64,000 bases of DNA from positions 1-64,000 of IMG/VR virus record IMGVR_UViG_3300034072_001021; one strand, written 5' to 3'. A program made the position numbers and the translations under genes. Positions 19,284 through 28,860 of the stretch are shown in pieces (within the stretch, counting starts at the first letter, position 1; each line of letters starts with the position of its first letter). The notes under the pieces were generated by a model, which saw only the letters and a program-made list of their open reading frames with translations, had not been told where the DNA came from and searched no databases.

Positions 19284-19968
19284 AATTCCAGGGCATACGC
19301 TTGAAGCGTTCGTCGAGTGGGAGTGGAACTTTGTAGTGATTGGGGAATCTGATAAGAACTTCAATCTGGCCGTAGCAGAGATGCTCAACGGCAACTACAA
19401 GCGCCCACACATCACCAAAGAGCAATTTGACAAACTGATCGCTCTCTACGAACCCTATCGCGAGATGATCGAGTATCGTCTTGATCAGTTCGACGAAGAA
19501 AACCAGTCGTGGCGCGGATACTGCAATTATGTCACCGAGGGAATTTCCCCTGATGACGAGTTGCTGATCAACACCATGGTGAAGCTGCTCAAAACTCAGG
19601 CAGATGAAGAGCTGGGTAAACAACAGCTCCGAATCCTGATTGTTGGTGGTGGTATTCGTCCAGAACACCTGACCGAATACGCCAAGCAAGAACTGATGAA
19701 GCTCCCTCAAATGGATGGAGGGGTGGAACATTTCATTGCCAAGAACCTCCAGCCCGCACCTGACCCGGATTGGACAGCGCACCTGGCCAAGCTGTCAGAA
19801 ATCGCTGATGAAGCATTCGTTTGCATCGACAGTATCTCCACTGGCCCAGAATACAAAAGCATGAGGAAGTTACTGGGCTTCGATGCCAAAGTAAAACGTC
19901 CTCGATCCGAACGCATCCCCCATCTCAAACGTGGTGCACGGGGTAGCAAATTCATTCGTCACAAGTAA
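19276..19968 (+). CDS. hypothetical protein with a basic PRSER-IPH tail
   Basis: AAGGA SD before ATG 19276. Confidence 0.75.
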   Translation: MSEIPGHTLEAFVEWEWNFVVIGESDKNFNLAVAEMLNGNYKRPHITKEQFDKLIALYEPYREMIEYRLDQFDEENQSWRGYCNYVTEGISPDDELLINTMVKLLKTQADEELGKQQLRILIVGGGIRPEHLTEYAKQELMKLPQMDGGVEHFIAKNLQPAPDPDWTAHLAKLSEIADEAFVCIDSISTGPEYKSMRKLLGFDAKVKRPRSERIPHLKRGARGSKFIRHK

Positions 19969-19978
19969 GGAGTGCTTT

Positions 19979-20518
19979 ATGCCGTACGCCATTTACCAGT
20001 TGAAAGTACCGAAGAAGATCCTGTCCAATGTCGGTGTTGTTTCCGGCAATCCTGACAAAGATGGTCTGGTTGTCGATACTCGGTTTACATCGATGGCCAA
20101 GTGCGCTGCCAAGGTGGTAGATGACGTACATCGGTTCGTTCACGAACACCTGTTCATTCATTCCAACCACGCCATCGATGAGTCAATCGATTCGATCGAA
20201 GAACTCAACTTCGAGATCATGATGGATTCGCAACTGTACTCGAGTCTGATGCGCTCCATCAAGGTTCAAGCAGTATGCATCATCCATCCCAAACACAACG
20301 AAGTGATCGATCGCGCACTTAATGCGCTGGACAATAAGAGCGCGTTGTTGTCTGCCGCTCGGGCCAAATCCCACCACAATGGTGAATGTGCCAAGTCGTG
20401 CCTGACCATGCTGGCGGATCTCACTAAGTTGTTGTTCGATGACTCGATGGCACATCGACACGACGTGACAGTGGCTCAGATGGACATGAGTCTGACGGAT
20501 CTTTATAAATGGCTCTGA
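19979..20518 (+). CDS. hypothetical protein
   Basis: AAGGAG SD before ATG 19979. Confidence 0.75.
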   Translation: MPYAIYQLKVPKKILSNVGVVSGNPDKDGLVVDTRFTSMAKCAAKVVDDVHRFVHEHLFIHSNHAIDESIDSIEELNFEIMMDSQLYSSLMRSIKVQAVCIIHPKHNEVIDRALNALDNKSALLSAARAKSHHNGECAKSCLTMLADLTKLLFDDSMAHRHDVTVAQMDMSLTDLYKWL

Positions 20519-20546
20519 TCATGTGAATTCACATGAGAGGTGTCCC

Positions 20547-21065
20547 ATGGAGATTACTCGTAACGGTCTATTGGCAGTGATCATTCCGACCCTGATTACT
20601 GCCTGTTTCACCACGATCGACAACTCACTGCGCTGGCGTGCAGAGATGGATCAGAAGCAATTCGATCGTCAGACCAAGATCCTCGATCAGATCATCAACA
20701 TCCCTGATGCAGAGCGTCGGCGAGCTATGGCGGAGTTCTACGTGTCTACCGGTGTATTCACTGGCGGTTATAAGGAAGAACTTACCAAGACGTTGGATAT
20801 CGCCAATGCTGAGCTGGCTCAGTTGGCTGCCAAAGCAGCTCGTGAGAAAGATCAGCAACAGGAACAGGAGGAACGTGAACTGCCGGTGTTAGCAGCACCA
20901 ACACCCATCCTCCCACCTCATGCCAAACCCATCATCGATTTCAACAGCCTGCCCGACATCCCTACATCGTCAACCGCTCCACTTGTCGAGCAGAAAGAAA
21001 TCACCGTACAACCTTCCGTCCAGAACATCTTCTTGTTGGACGACATTAAACGAGGAACGCAATAA
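20547..21065 (+). CDS. membrane-anchored hypothetical protein
   Basis: GAGGT SD; N-terminal GLLAVIIPTLITACF; Pro-rich C-terminal half. Confidence 0.7.
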   Translation: MEITRNGLLAVIIPTLITACFTTIDNSLRWRAEMDQKQFDRQTKILDQIINIPDAERRRAMAEFYVSTGVFTGGYKEELTKTLDIANAELAQLAAKAAREKDQQQEQEERELPVLAAPTPILPPHAKPIIDFNSLPDIPTSSTAPLVEQKEITVQPSVQNIFLLDDIKRGTQ

Positions 21066-21067
21066 CC

Positions 21068-21304
21068 GTGAAGGAGTATTTGCTTTACGTAATTTTCACC
21101 AGTGTGGTATCTGGCTTGCTGACTATCACCATCGCATCATTGGTGGCGTTCATCAAGACGTTCCATCCCGTTGAGGAAACTGGTACCGAGGATGACGAGG
21201 TCTTGGTAAATGACAGTGTGATCCAACACATGGTCAACTGTGGTCTCATCTACCCTGCTGTTTATACCTACGCCTGGATATTGATCTGGGCGTCTATCCG
21301 TTAA
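21068..21304 (+). CDS. small membrane protein
   Basis: Hydrophobic N- and C-terminal segments. Confidence 0.65.
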   Translation: MKEYLLYVIFTSVVSGLLTITIASLVAFIKTFHPVEETGTEDDEVLVNDSVIQHMVNCGLIYPAVYTYAWILIWASIR

Positions 21305-21320
21305 TATCGAGGAGACAACC

Positions 21321-21974
21321 ATGTCTGAAGCACTTCTGAAAGCTCTTGTTGGCAGCGCCGTATCTTCTCTGGGCCTTGCCATGATGGATCACAATTCACC
21401 TCGTGATTTCGTCAAAGAAGAACTGATCAAGAACATCAACGCCAATATCGCAAAGGGCGCCAAGTTCTTCATCACCAGCAACAAGACCGGTACCAAACAT
21501 GAAATCTACTCGCTGGAGGACATGAACGGTCACTACGTCAAGTTGATTGCCATCGACGACATGGGGATGCGTGTAAATGCATCTGTCTTCTATCGCACTG
21601 TACAGCACGGCTGCGATTGTGCGATGGATGAGGACGATGAGTACAAGCTGGATGACGCTGTCCAGTCGATCATCAGTGATTTCTTCGAAAGCAAGCACAA
21701 TACCATCGTTGAAGAGCACAACGCTCGTAGTCGGCGCCGGCTTGTAGAGACCCTGGCCAAGGTCACTGCCAAAGTCACTGTGGAAATCGGCAAGGCCTAC
21801 CAAATGGACGATCCGGATTGCGTGTTCTACGTCCTGAAAATCGATGAGAACACTCCCTCTGGCGTCCCGATGATCGGTGGGTTCATGATCGACATCACTG
21901 ACAGTGACGATGATGATTTCAAGATTGGTGCAGTGCCGTTCTATCGTCTGCGTGAAGAGTTCAAAATGGAGTAA
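21321..21974 (+). CDS. hypothetical protein
   Basis: GAGGAG SD, 217 aa. Confidence 0.8.
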   Translation: MSEALLKALVGSAVSSLGLAMMDHNSPRDFVKEELIKNINANIAKGAKFFITSNKTGTKHEIYSLEDMNGHYVKLIAIDDMGMRVNASVFYRTVQHGCDCAMDEDDEYKLDDAVQSIISDFFESKHNTIVEEHNARSRRRLVETLAKVTAKVTVEIGKAYQMDDPDCVFYVLKIDENTPSGVPMIGGFMIDITDSDDDDFKIGAVPFYRLREEFKME

Positions 21975-21976
21975 CC

Positions 21977-22270
21977 ATGTCGGAAGAGTTAACCGCAACA
22001 CTCAACCCTGATGCACGAGTCCTGTCGGACAGGACTCGTCTTAAGCTTCAGATGGACAAGGTCAGAAAGTTGATGCAGAAGGACGTCTCCGGGTTCAAGG
22101 TCGGTTCGTGGTATGAAGTAGAAGGTCGTGAGAAGACCATCTTCCTCATTAACGAGATCGGTCCACACCCGATTGATCGTCTTCCTACTGGATACGGTCT
22201 GATCATCACACCCACCGAGTCTGAGCCGCATTATTTGCATCTCTACGAATTGGGTAAACCGTTCGGCTAG
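21977..22270 (+). CDS. hypothetical protein
   Basis: GGAG SD; SH3-like composition similar to the C-terminus of the upstream gene. Confidence 0.7.
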   Translation: MSEELTATLNPDARVLSDRTRLKLQMDKVRKLMQKDVSGFKVGSWYEVEGREKTIFLINEIGPHPIDRLPTGYGLIITPTESEPHYLHLYELGKPFG

Positions 22271-22279
22271 GAGCCTAGC

Positions 22280-22510
22280 ATGGATTGGATAAGTGATACA
22301 CATCCTGCTAAATTCAAAGATGCTGACTATGTGATCAGCACCACTGAAAAGAAGAACATGACTGTGCATCTGACGGTCACGTTCCTATTCAAGTTGTGGG
22401 CACGGTCATTCCCTGAGCTGGCAGATCAAGCGATACGCAAGTACATCAAGGACAAGTATTGCATCGAGAAGTGGGACATAGCCACCATCATTAAACGTCA
22501 CACCGTCTAA
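22280..22510 (+). CDS. hypothetical protein
   Basis: AGGAG SD, 76 aa. Confidence 0.7.
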   Translation: MDWISDTHPAKFKDADYVISTTEKKNMTVHLTVTFLFKLWARSFPELADQAIRKYIKDKYCIEKWDIATIIKRHTV

Positions 22511-22518
22511 GGGGAACC

Positions 22519-22740
22519 ATGGACATTCAGATCCGTCGTATCAAAGATCTGGTTGAACTACTCGAACAACACCGTGAAAACGGTGGAGAGGCCGAATTGA
22601 CTCTCGTGGTCGAGGAGTTAGAGAAAGCTCGTGACAAGGCAGCGCGGCGACTACTGCTCAATGGTGAAACAGTGGGTACAGTCGTGATGTCACTTGCCAT
22701 GTCCCCGGCGCGGGTAAGAGAGTTGGCTAAAGACATGTGA
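22519..22740 (+). CDS. hypothetical protein, possible C-terminal HTH
   Basis: GGGG SD; GETVGTVVMSLAMSPARVRELA resembles an HTH. Confidence 0.65.
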   Translation: MDIQIRRIKDLVELLEQHRENGGEAELTLVVEELEKARDKAARRLLLNGETVGTVVMSLAMSPARVRELAKDM

Positions 22741-22778
22741 CATAGACAGGGAGGAGCGATGCTCCTCCCTGTATGCCG
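22741..22778 (+). terminator. conserved-arm stem-loop
   Basis: CATAGACAGGGAGGAGC-GAT-GCTCCTCCCTGTATGCC, then T-rich sequence. Confidence 0.8.
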
Positions 22779-22859
22779 TCTATCCTTTATTTTTTGGTAA
22801 TTCTATGTGCGAATTTTATTTCATGCCGGCTTAGTTTTAAGAAGCAAGGGAAAACAACC

Positions 22860-24446
22860 ATGTCGATTTCTATCGAAGCGCTCAAGACAAAGTTTGACTC
22901 GCTTCTTCAAACCATCTCCAATCACATTAACGGTAAGTTGGGGCGTGAAGAAGCAGCGGTCAGCGCCAACAAACTGACCAACCCGTTTACACTCTCTCTG
23001 TCCAACGATGCAACCGCTACAGCCAACGTAGATGGCAGTCAGGCGATCAACCTGAGCGTCATCTTGAAGACTGTGATGGCGGCACCAGGCACCTACGCCA
23101 AGGTCACTGTAGATGCCAAAGGCCGTGTCGTTGCAGCAGAAGCTCTGATTGCATCTGACATCCCCAATTTGGATGCCGGAAAGATTACCACAGGTGTGTT
23201 TGCAGTTGCTCGGATTCCGATCCTCAACCAGAATACTACCGGTAATGCTGCCACGGCTACCAGACTGGCTACGCCAAGACAGATTGCTATATCGGGTGAC
23301 GCAGCAGGCACATCACCGTTCGATGGAAGCGGTGATATCTCTATTTCGATCTCGCTCAAGAGTTCGGGTGTTGCAGCAGGTGCTTACGGTGATTCGGTAA
23401 CAATCCCTACCTTCTCAGTAGACGGTAAGGGTATCGTTACTCTGGCACAGAACGTAGCTATTCGTTCTGCCACTCTGACTCAGACTGGTCTGGTGCGCCT
23501 TAATAGCGCAGTCAATAGCACACTTGAAACACAAGCAGCCACTCCATTGGCAGTGAAGACTGCTTACGATCTGGCCGCTGCCGCTATCCCTGCTACGCAG
23601 AAAGGCACTGCAAGTGGTGTGTGTGAGTTAGATGCTGGCTCGTTTGTCCCAGTGTCTAGATTGCCTGATTCTGGGGCGGTTGCTGGTGTTTATCTGAAAG
23701 TTACTGTGGATGCCAAAGGCCGTGTAATGGGGGGTACTGCAGGACTTACTGCTGCCGATATCCCAGCACTCGATGCCAGTAAGGTTACCAGCGGTGTATT
23801 CGCCGCTGCTCGCATCCCGACACTGAATCAAAATACCACTGGTTCGGCTGGCTCCGTCAACGGTACTGGTGCAGGCGGTGCATTTGCTGATATGTACACC
23901 CGCCAAGGCGTTGTACATGCGTCTGTTGCCCATACCGGTAGCTCATATGCTCCTCTCGGTTCCATGCGTTATACGGGCACTGGCGGCGTTAAGGGCGAAT
24001 ACAGTTTTGGCCATCTGAGTGAGGTCGCAACCGACCCCGGCATGTTTGTCATCCACCACATCACCGATGCTGGGGTTGAGAAGCTCTGGACGTTCGATGG
24101 TGCCAACGGTGATTTCACTTCTGCTGGCGATGTTCTGAACTTCTCTGACAAACGTCTGAAAGAAGGCTTCAACGTAATTGACCATGCGCTCGACCGTATC
24201 GATTACGTCACCGGTTACACCTTCGTTATTAAGGAGACTGGTGAAGTCCAAGCAGGTTTCATTGCAGACGACTGGCTGTCGGCACTTCCTGAGGTTGTCA
24301 ATACCGATGGCGATTTCCTTCGTCTCGCATATGGCAACACCAACGCGCTGACTCTCAACGCCGTAAAGGAATTGAAAGCCATCGTTCTCAAGCAAGCTGG
24401 AGAAATTGAGGTTCTGAAGAATCTCGTGGCACAGCTTATCAAATGA
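22860..24446 (+). CDS. tail fibre protein with a C-terminal intramolecular chaperone (peptidase S74-like)
   Basis: Repeats KVTVDAKGRV...DIP.LDA.K.T.GVF..ARIP.LNQNTTG; gp37-like RLNSAVNSTLETQAATPLAVKTAYD; C-terminal FSDKRLKE....ALDRI..VTGYTF...GFIA...Y. Confidence 0.88.
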   Translation: MSISIEALKTKFDSLLQTISNHINGKLGREEAAVSANKLTNPFTLSLSNDATATANVDGSQAINLSVILKTVMAAPGTYAKVTVDAKGRVVAAEALIASDIPNLDAGKITTGVFAVARIPILNQNTTGNAATATRLATPRQIAISGDAAGTSPFDGSGDISISISLKSSGVAAGAYGDSVTIPTFSVDGKGIVTLAQNVAIRSATLTQTGLVRLNSAVNSTLETQAATPLAVKTAYDLAAAAIPATQKGTASGVCELDAGSFVPVSRLPDSGAVAGVYLKVTVDAKGRVMGGTAGLTAADIPALDASKVTSGVFAAARIPTLNQNTTGSAGSVNGTGAGGAFADMYTRQGVVHASVAHTGSSYAPLGSMRYTGTGGVKGEYSFGHLSEVATDPGMFVIHHITDAGVEKLWTFDGANGDFTSAGDVLNFSDKRLKEGFNVIDHALDRIDYVTGYTFVIKETGEVQAGFIADDWLSALPEVVNTDGDFLRLAYGNTNALTLNAVKELKAIVLKQAGEIEVLKNLVAQLIK

Positions 24447-24451
24447 CATAA

Positions 24452-24481
24452 TGGCTAGGGGTTATCCCCTAGCCTATTTTT
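24452..24481 (+). terminator. stem-loop terminator
   Basis: GGCTAGGGG-TTAT-CCCCTAGCC followed by TATTTTT. Confidence 0.7.
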
Positions 24482-24493
24482 CGAGAGCTTGCG

Positions 24494-25534
24494 ATGACTA
24501 TTCCATCGACACAGTCTATTCGATTGAGCGATATCGCAGTCGAACTAGGACTTCCACGGAACACCAAGATATCACTAGGTCATCCGGACGTCAGGACGTT
24601 TCTCGGTATCTCGTCTGGTCAGATTCGTCTCGGTCAGTTGCGTGGTGCTACATTCGGTCGAGCAATTGTCTCCCGAGTGATCTCTGCACACAGTCAGAAC
24701 CTGACAATCAATCTCAATACATTGCCTGGTTACCAGGCGGGTAAATCCGACATCACGATCACCGTAGATCCTGGTATTTACGTATGGTCGGACAATGCCA
24801 ACCCAGCATTGACGATTACTGGGGGTACTACCGGCGATACCCTTAAGCTGGTGAACAATGGATTCATCATGGGTAAGGGCGGTACAGGACAAAGCTATCA
24901 CCCTGATGCATTAGACCGTGCAGCCACTCCAGGCAATCCGGCAATGTCGATTGGCATGAATATTGTCATCGATACGCAAAACGGATATATTGCCGGCGGT
25001 GGCGGTGGCGGTGGTGGCTGGATGTCGGGCGGTGGTGGCGCCGGTGGTGGACTGGGCGGACAGTACGACGGTTATTCAACAGGTGGTGCACCTGGTGCCA
25101 TAGGTCAGCCAGGCGGCAACGGAGTTGGCGAATATGGTCCTGGTGGTGGCGGTGGCCGTATACTTCCTGGTGTCGGCGGTGGCCGACGGACAGTTACCAC
25201 CATGGTAAGTCAGGTTGGTCTAGGTGGTCAATCGGGCGGTGGCGGTGGTATGAATTATCTGTGCGGGATGTCTCCTGGTGGTGGAGGTGGTGGCTGGGGT
25301 GCTAAGGGCGGTGACCAGATAACATCCACTACCTACGATGCAACTGGTTTTACGGCCACTTCCGGTAAAGGCGGCGATGCAAATAACAATGGTGAAAACT
25401 CATCTATTGTCGGCGGCGCTCAGAGCGTTGTTAACTACATAGGTGCTCCAGGCGGGAAGGCGATCATTACAAACGGTCGCGGGGTCACATATGTTGGTTC
25501 TTCTGCATCTCGCGTATTCGGTATTGTTGGATAG
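24494..25534 (+). CDS. glycine-rich adhesin, T2/S16 gp38-like (polyglycine II)
   Basis: IMGKGGTG...GYIAGGGGGGGG and repeated GGGGG blocks, directly after the S74-type fibre. Confidence 0.7.
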   Translation: MTIPSTQSIRLSDIAVELGLPRNTKISLGHPDVRTFLGISSGQIRLGQLRGATFGRAIVSRVISAHSQNLTINLNTLPGYQAGKSDITITVDPGIYVWSDNANPALTITGGTTGDTLKLVNNGFIMGKGGTGQSYHPDALDRAATPGNPAMSIGMNIVIDTQNGYIAGGGGGGGGWMSGGGGAGGGLGGQYDGYSTGGAPGAIGQPGGNGVGEYGPGGGGGRILPGVGGGRRTVTTMVSQVGLGGQSGGGGGMNYLCGMSPGGGGGGWGAKGGDQITSTTYDATGFTATSGKGGDANNNGENSSIVGGAQSVVNYIGAPGGKAIITNGRGVTYVGSSASRVFGIVG

Positions 25535-25542
25535 AGGTAGGT

Positions 25543-25893
25543 ATGAGTATCGAAGTGCTTACTAAAGGTCATTTTTCAGCCAAACTGGTGATCCGTAACG
25601 AAGAAGAAGATACGGAGACTTGGTTGGACTATGACACGCGAGAACACGATGAAGATCCTGAAGTCGGTGTCATCCATGTGTTCAATTCTGATCTTGGTGT
25701 CTACGAGGCCTGTGCAAGTCTAGCTGAAGCAAAGGCCAGGTTTGAAGAGCGCACCAAACAACTGACCTACATCATTCCTGACGATGTGGATATGTTGAAA
25801 GCTAAGCGGGAAGAACTCGAAAGCCAAAACAAACATCTCAGGAACGTCAACCCATTTGTAATAGGTCCGGTGGTGAAGAATGATCCTGCGTAA
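25543..25893 (+). CDS. acidic hypothetical protein
   Basis: GAGG SD, 116 aa. Confidence 0.7.
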   Translation: MSIEVLTKGHFSAKLVIRNEEEDTETWLDYDTREHDEDPEVGVIHVFNSDLGVYEACASLAEAKARFEERTKQLTYIIPDDVDMLKAKREELESQNKHLRNVNPFVIGPVVKNDPA

Positions 25894-26377
25894 ACCCATT
25901 TACAACGATGGTGTCTACGATGTTGTCAGATACGCAGCACGCGACGGCGAGGTGTTCTCTGTCGCTCTGCGTGGTGTCTCCAGCAATGCGGAGATTAACA
26001 AGTATCTGGTTTACGTCACTGGCACCATCATTGTCAGAGACACGGAAGGAAATACTGTACTGATTCGGAATGAAGGGGATACCACTGACAGCAGTCATGT
26101 AGAGATCCCTGAGGGTATATACCTGTTCGAAGCAGACGGTGAGCTTTCCGAGTTCTACAGCGTCAGTAAAATGGATGGCACTGCGGTCATCCGAAAAGAA
26201 AACCGAATGCAGGAAAACGAAGAACTTCAAATCACTGAAGACTCTCTCGTATTCTTGGCGATTGGCACTATCATTAACGGGAACGGTGATGAGGTAGTTG
26301 CACCTGCCTGCTTCAATGCTGTAGCAGGAGATACTATCCTCACCACTTCTCAAACATTACTCGTCGAGCTTCGATAA
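25880..26377 (+). CDS. hypothetical beta-rich (cupin-like) protein
   Basis: Alternating beta-strand pattern, overlapping the upstream gene. Confidence 0.6.
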   Translation: MILRKPIYNDGVYDVVRYAARDGEVFSVALRGVSSNAEINKYLVYVTGTIIVRDTEGNTVLIRNEGDTTDSSHVEIPEGIYLFEADGELSEFYSVSKMDGTAVIRKENRMQENEELQITEDSLVFLAIGTIINGNGDEVVAPACFNAVAGDTILTTSQTLLVELR

Positions 26378-27043
26378 ATGATCAAGAACCTGTTCTTTCG
26401 CTTCCTAGCCTGGCTTGAGAAGAAAGGAAGACGACATGCACTGGTCACCTTCGATGGTGAAGTCATTGCATTCAAGTACTGCCTTCTCTATAACGAACTG
26501 GCTGGTCGTGAATCTGGCTGGCCAAACATCTACATCCATCAGTTCATGCGTGTCGGCGGCATTGATGGTGAGGATTTGATTCACTCGCATCCACACAGTA
26601 CGATCTCGATCATTCTGATCGGCGGTTATACTGAGTTCGTTAAGAAGCTGGGTAAAGAAGTCGAACGCAAACCAGGCGATGTCATTCGCATGCGGTACGA
26701 TGAAGATCACTCAATCGTGAAGGTCACTCCAGATACTTTCACGTTGTTCATGCATTGGTTCGAGAAGAAACGCTGGGCTATTGGTCTGCGTCCTTGTGAA
26801 GTCGTGTGTGAGCGCTGTGCATCTGAGTTCGGTCGTTGTGAGAAAGGCATCAACACCATTGATATCAAGGACATCCTCGAATACCCCGACATGGCTGTCA
26901 AATGGCGAGGTACTCGATGGGTGCAGGTGACTCCGGATTTTGATAGCAAGATCCGTATCCGTAAGGAAGCCATCGCCAAGACTGGCGTCAAGGCAAAAGA
27001 GATCACTGATTTCACTGACTTCAAAGAAATCAGACATAAATGA
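26378..27043 (+). CDS. metal-binding cupin-fold protein
   Basis: IHSHPHSTISIILIGGYTE ... HSIV ... FTLFMHW; CEVVCERC....C cluster. Confidence 0.6.
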   Translation: MIKNLFFRFLAWLEKKGRRHALVTFDGEVIAFKYCLLYNELAGRESGWPNIYIHQFMRVGGIDGEDLIHSHPHSTISIILIGGYTEFVKKLGKEVERKPGDVIRMRYDEDHSIVKVTPDTFTLFMHWFEKKRWAIGLRPCEVVCERCASEFGRCEKGINTIDIKDILEYPDMAVKWRGTRWVQVTPDFDSKIRIRKEAIAKTGVKAKEITDFTDFKEIRHK

Positions 27044-27059
27044 ATGGGCGCATTGATCA

Positions 27060-27749
27060 ATGAAGAGTTTATTGATGGCAGCATCGTTATCTGCTGGCCG
27101 TTATCCATTGAATATTCTTCAGGATATCGTAAGTCAGATAACGTTCCGTAACAACGTCGCAGTGGATGAAAGGACAAAACAACAACTGAGTCTTTCAGGA
27201 GCTGCCGCTGCACCATTTGTAGAAAATGGCCAGCTGGTAGTTATGAACCAGTCAGCATCCAGGTATCTGTTCCAGATACCTTATTTTGGAGCTGGAGACT
27301 TTACATACGAAATAATGTTTAGGCAAACCAGTGTTATTTCTGGAGAGGCGCTTCTACTGCCTTCGCAATGGCATAATGGCGCCATCAGCAATCCCGATAA
27401 CCGTCTACTGATCAGCGTGAGGCCAAATGGTTTACTGCGTGTTCAGCTAGCTCGTGGCAATACAGGGACTAGCGTTTACGGTGACAGTGCACCCAATACC
27501 ATTCTACTGAATAACGATTATCACCTTGTAGTCGAAAGGTACAATGGCGTTATTAAGGCATTTGTTAATGGGGTTGAAGTCCTGTCGTTTGCACACGCTC
27601 TACCGCTTTATGGAGAAACAAATAACCGTCTGTATAACTACTACAACGGCACCGGTTATGCCTCTTACCGCTGGTGGAATTTCAGACTGGCTAAACGAGC
27701 GATGTATCGTCACTCCGTTACCGTACCTGTGTCTCTTCCAAGAATCTGA
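27060..27749 (+). CDS. LamG/concanavalin A-like domain protein (tail-associated)
   Basis: YFGAGDFTYEI, YHLVVERYNGVIKAFVNGVE; paralogous to the second LamG domain of 28861..30660. Confidence 0.8.
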   Translation: MKSLLMAASLSAGRYPLNILQDIVSQITFRNNVAVDERTKQQLSLSGAAAAPFVENGQLVVMNQSASRYLFQIPYFGAGDFTYEIMFRQTSVISGEALLLPSQWHNGAISNPDNRLLISVRPNGLLRVQLARGNTGTSVYGDSAPNTILLNNDYHLVVERYNGVIKAFVNGVEVLSFAHALPLYGETNNRLYNYYNGTGYASYRWWNFRLAKRAMYRHSVTVPVSLPRI

Positions 27750-28198
27750 TGGAGATCATCATGGATCTGCTTCTCCCGCAGTACACTGTCGATGAGGACA
27801 AGAAGTTCAGTAATTTCGATACCCGTGAGATCGGGCGTCGTCATTATCTGATGTTGGATGACTTCTACTACTATGACGAGGTCTTCGGGCCTATCAAAGT
27901 AGAGAAGGGATTCGATACCAACTACGCAAGTCTCGATGCACTGCGTAACTTGGTCCTGTTCCCTGTCTACGCGCTTCTCGCCGATTACGGCGATAAAGCG
28001 TCAACCGTTCACGATCGTCTTTATCATGGTGTTCCTGTCGAAATGGCCGACGGTACCATGAAAATCTTTACAAGGAAAGAAGCCGATGAAGTCTTTTATC
28101 GCGCTCTGCGCTCTGAAGGAATTGCTCGCTGGCGGGCTGCTATGTTCTATGCGGGTGTCCGTGTTGGCGGCGCATCTGCATATCGCTCAGCCGAATAA
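27749..28198 (+). CDS. DUF1353-family protein
   Basis: GFDTNYAS, VHDRLY, RKEADEVFYRAL...W....YAGVRVGG. Confidence 0.8.
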   Translation: MEIIMDLLLPQYTVDEDKKFSNFDTREIGRRHYLMLDDFYYYDEVFGPIKVEKGFDTNYASLDALRNLVLFPVYALLADYGDKASTVHDRLYHGVPVEMADGTMKIFTRKEADEVFYRALRSEGIARWRAAMFYAGVRVGGASAYRSAE

Positions 28199-28278
28199 GC
28201 CACAAGACGACGACTATCTTCCAATTGTATGAGGGTAGTCTTTAAACTCTCTGACTCCTATTCGAATAGAGGTTTACC

Positions 28279-28785
28279 ATGTCTCAACTTCAAACTCTGC
28301 TGACTTCGATCGGCAATTTTTCCGACAAGGTCAAGCTGGCCATCGAAACCGGCGATGCCGCTTCGGTAGCCGAAATCGATCGCCTGATGCTCGAACTGCG
28401 TAACGAAATGGACGAGCAGACTGTTCTGATGGGCATCCCTGCCGGCGGCAACGTCGGCGTGGCCATCACCGAGCAGCTGGTCGACCTGGGCGCTGGCAAC
28501 GATATCAACTGCTCGGCCGCCAACCACTTCCTGAAGACCATCGCTGGTGCCACCACCTTCACCGTGTCGCAAGTACCGGCTGCTGGTCGTGTCTGTACCT
28601 TCACCCTGCGTCTGAAAAACGGCGGTGCCGGTACCATCACCTGGTGGAGCGCCATCAAGTGGTCCGAAGGCCAGGCTCCGACCCTGACCGCTTCCGGCAC
28701 CGACGTGATCGCGTTCACCACCGTCGATGGCGGCGTGACCTGGGAAGGCTACCTGCTCGGCAAGGACATGAAGCCGGTTGCCTAA
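28279..28785 (+). CDS. abundant virion tail-associated protein
   Basis: Extreme codon bias; FTLRLKNGGAGTITWWSAIKWSEGQAPTLTASGTDVIAF..DGG.TW.G is a common tail-protein module. Confidence 0.7.
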   Translation: MSQLQTLLTSIGNFSDKVKLAIETGDAASVAEIDRLMLELRNEMDEQTVLMGIPAGGNVGVAITEQLVDLGAGNDINCSAANHFLKTIAGATTFTVSQVPAAGRVCTFTLRLKNGGAGTITWWSAIKWSEGQAPTLTASGTDVIAFTTVDGGVTWEGYLLGKDMKPVA

Positions 28786-28807
28786 CCGCTTCTGACCAAC
28801 CGCCATA

Positions 28808-28848
28808 GACCACGAGAACATCAGTTCTCGTGGTCTTATTTATTTTTG
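28808..28848 (+). terminator. stem-loop terminator
   Basis: AGACCACGAGAAC-ATCA-GTTCTCGTGGTCT followed by TATTTATTTTT. Confidence 0.8.
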
Positions 28849-28860
28849 TAGGAGAGTAGG

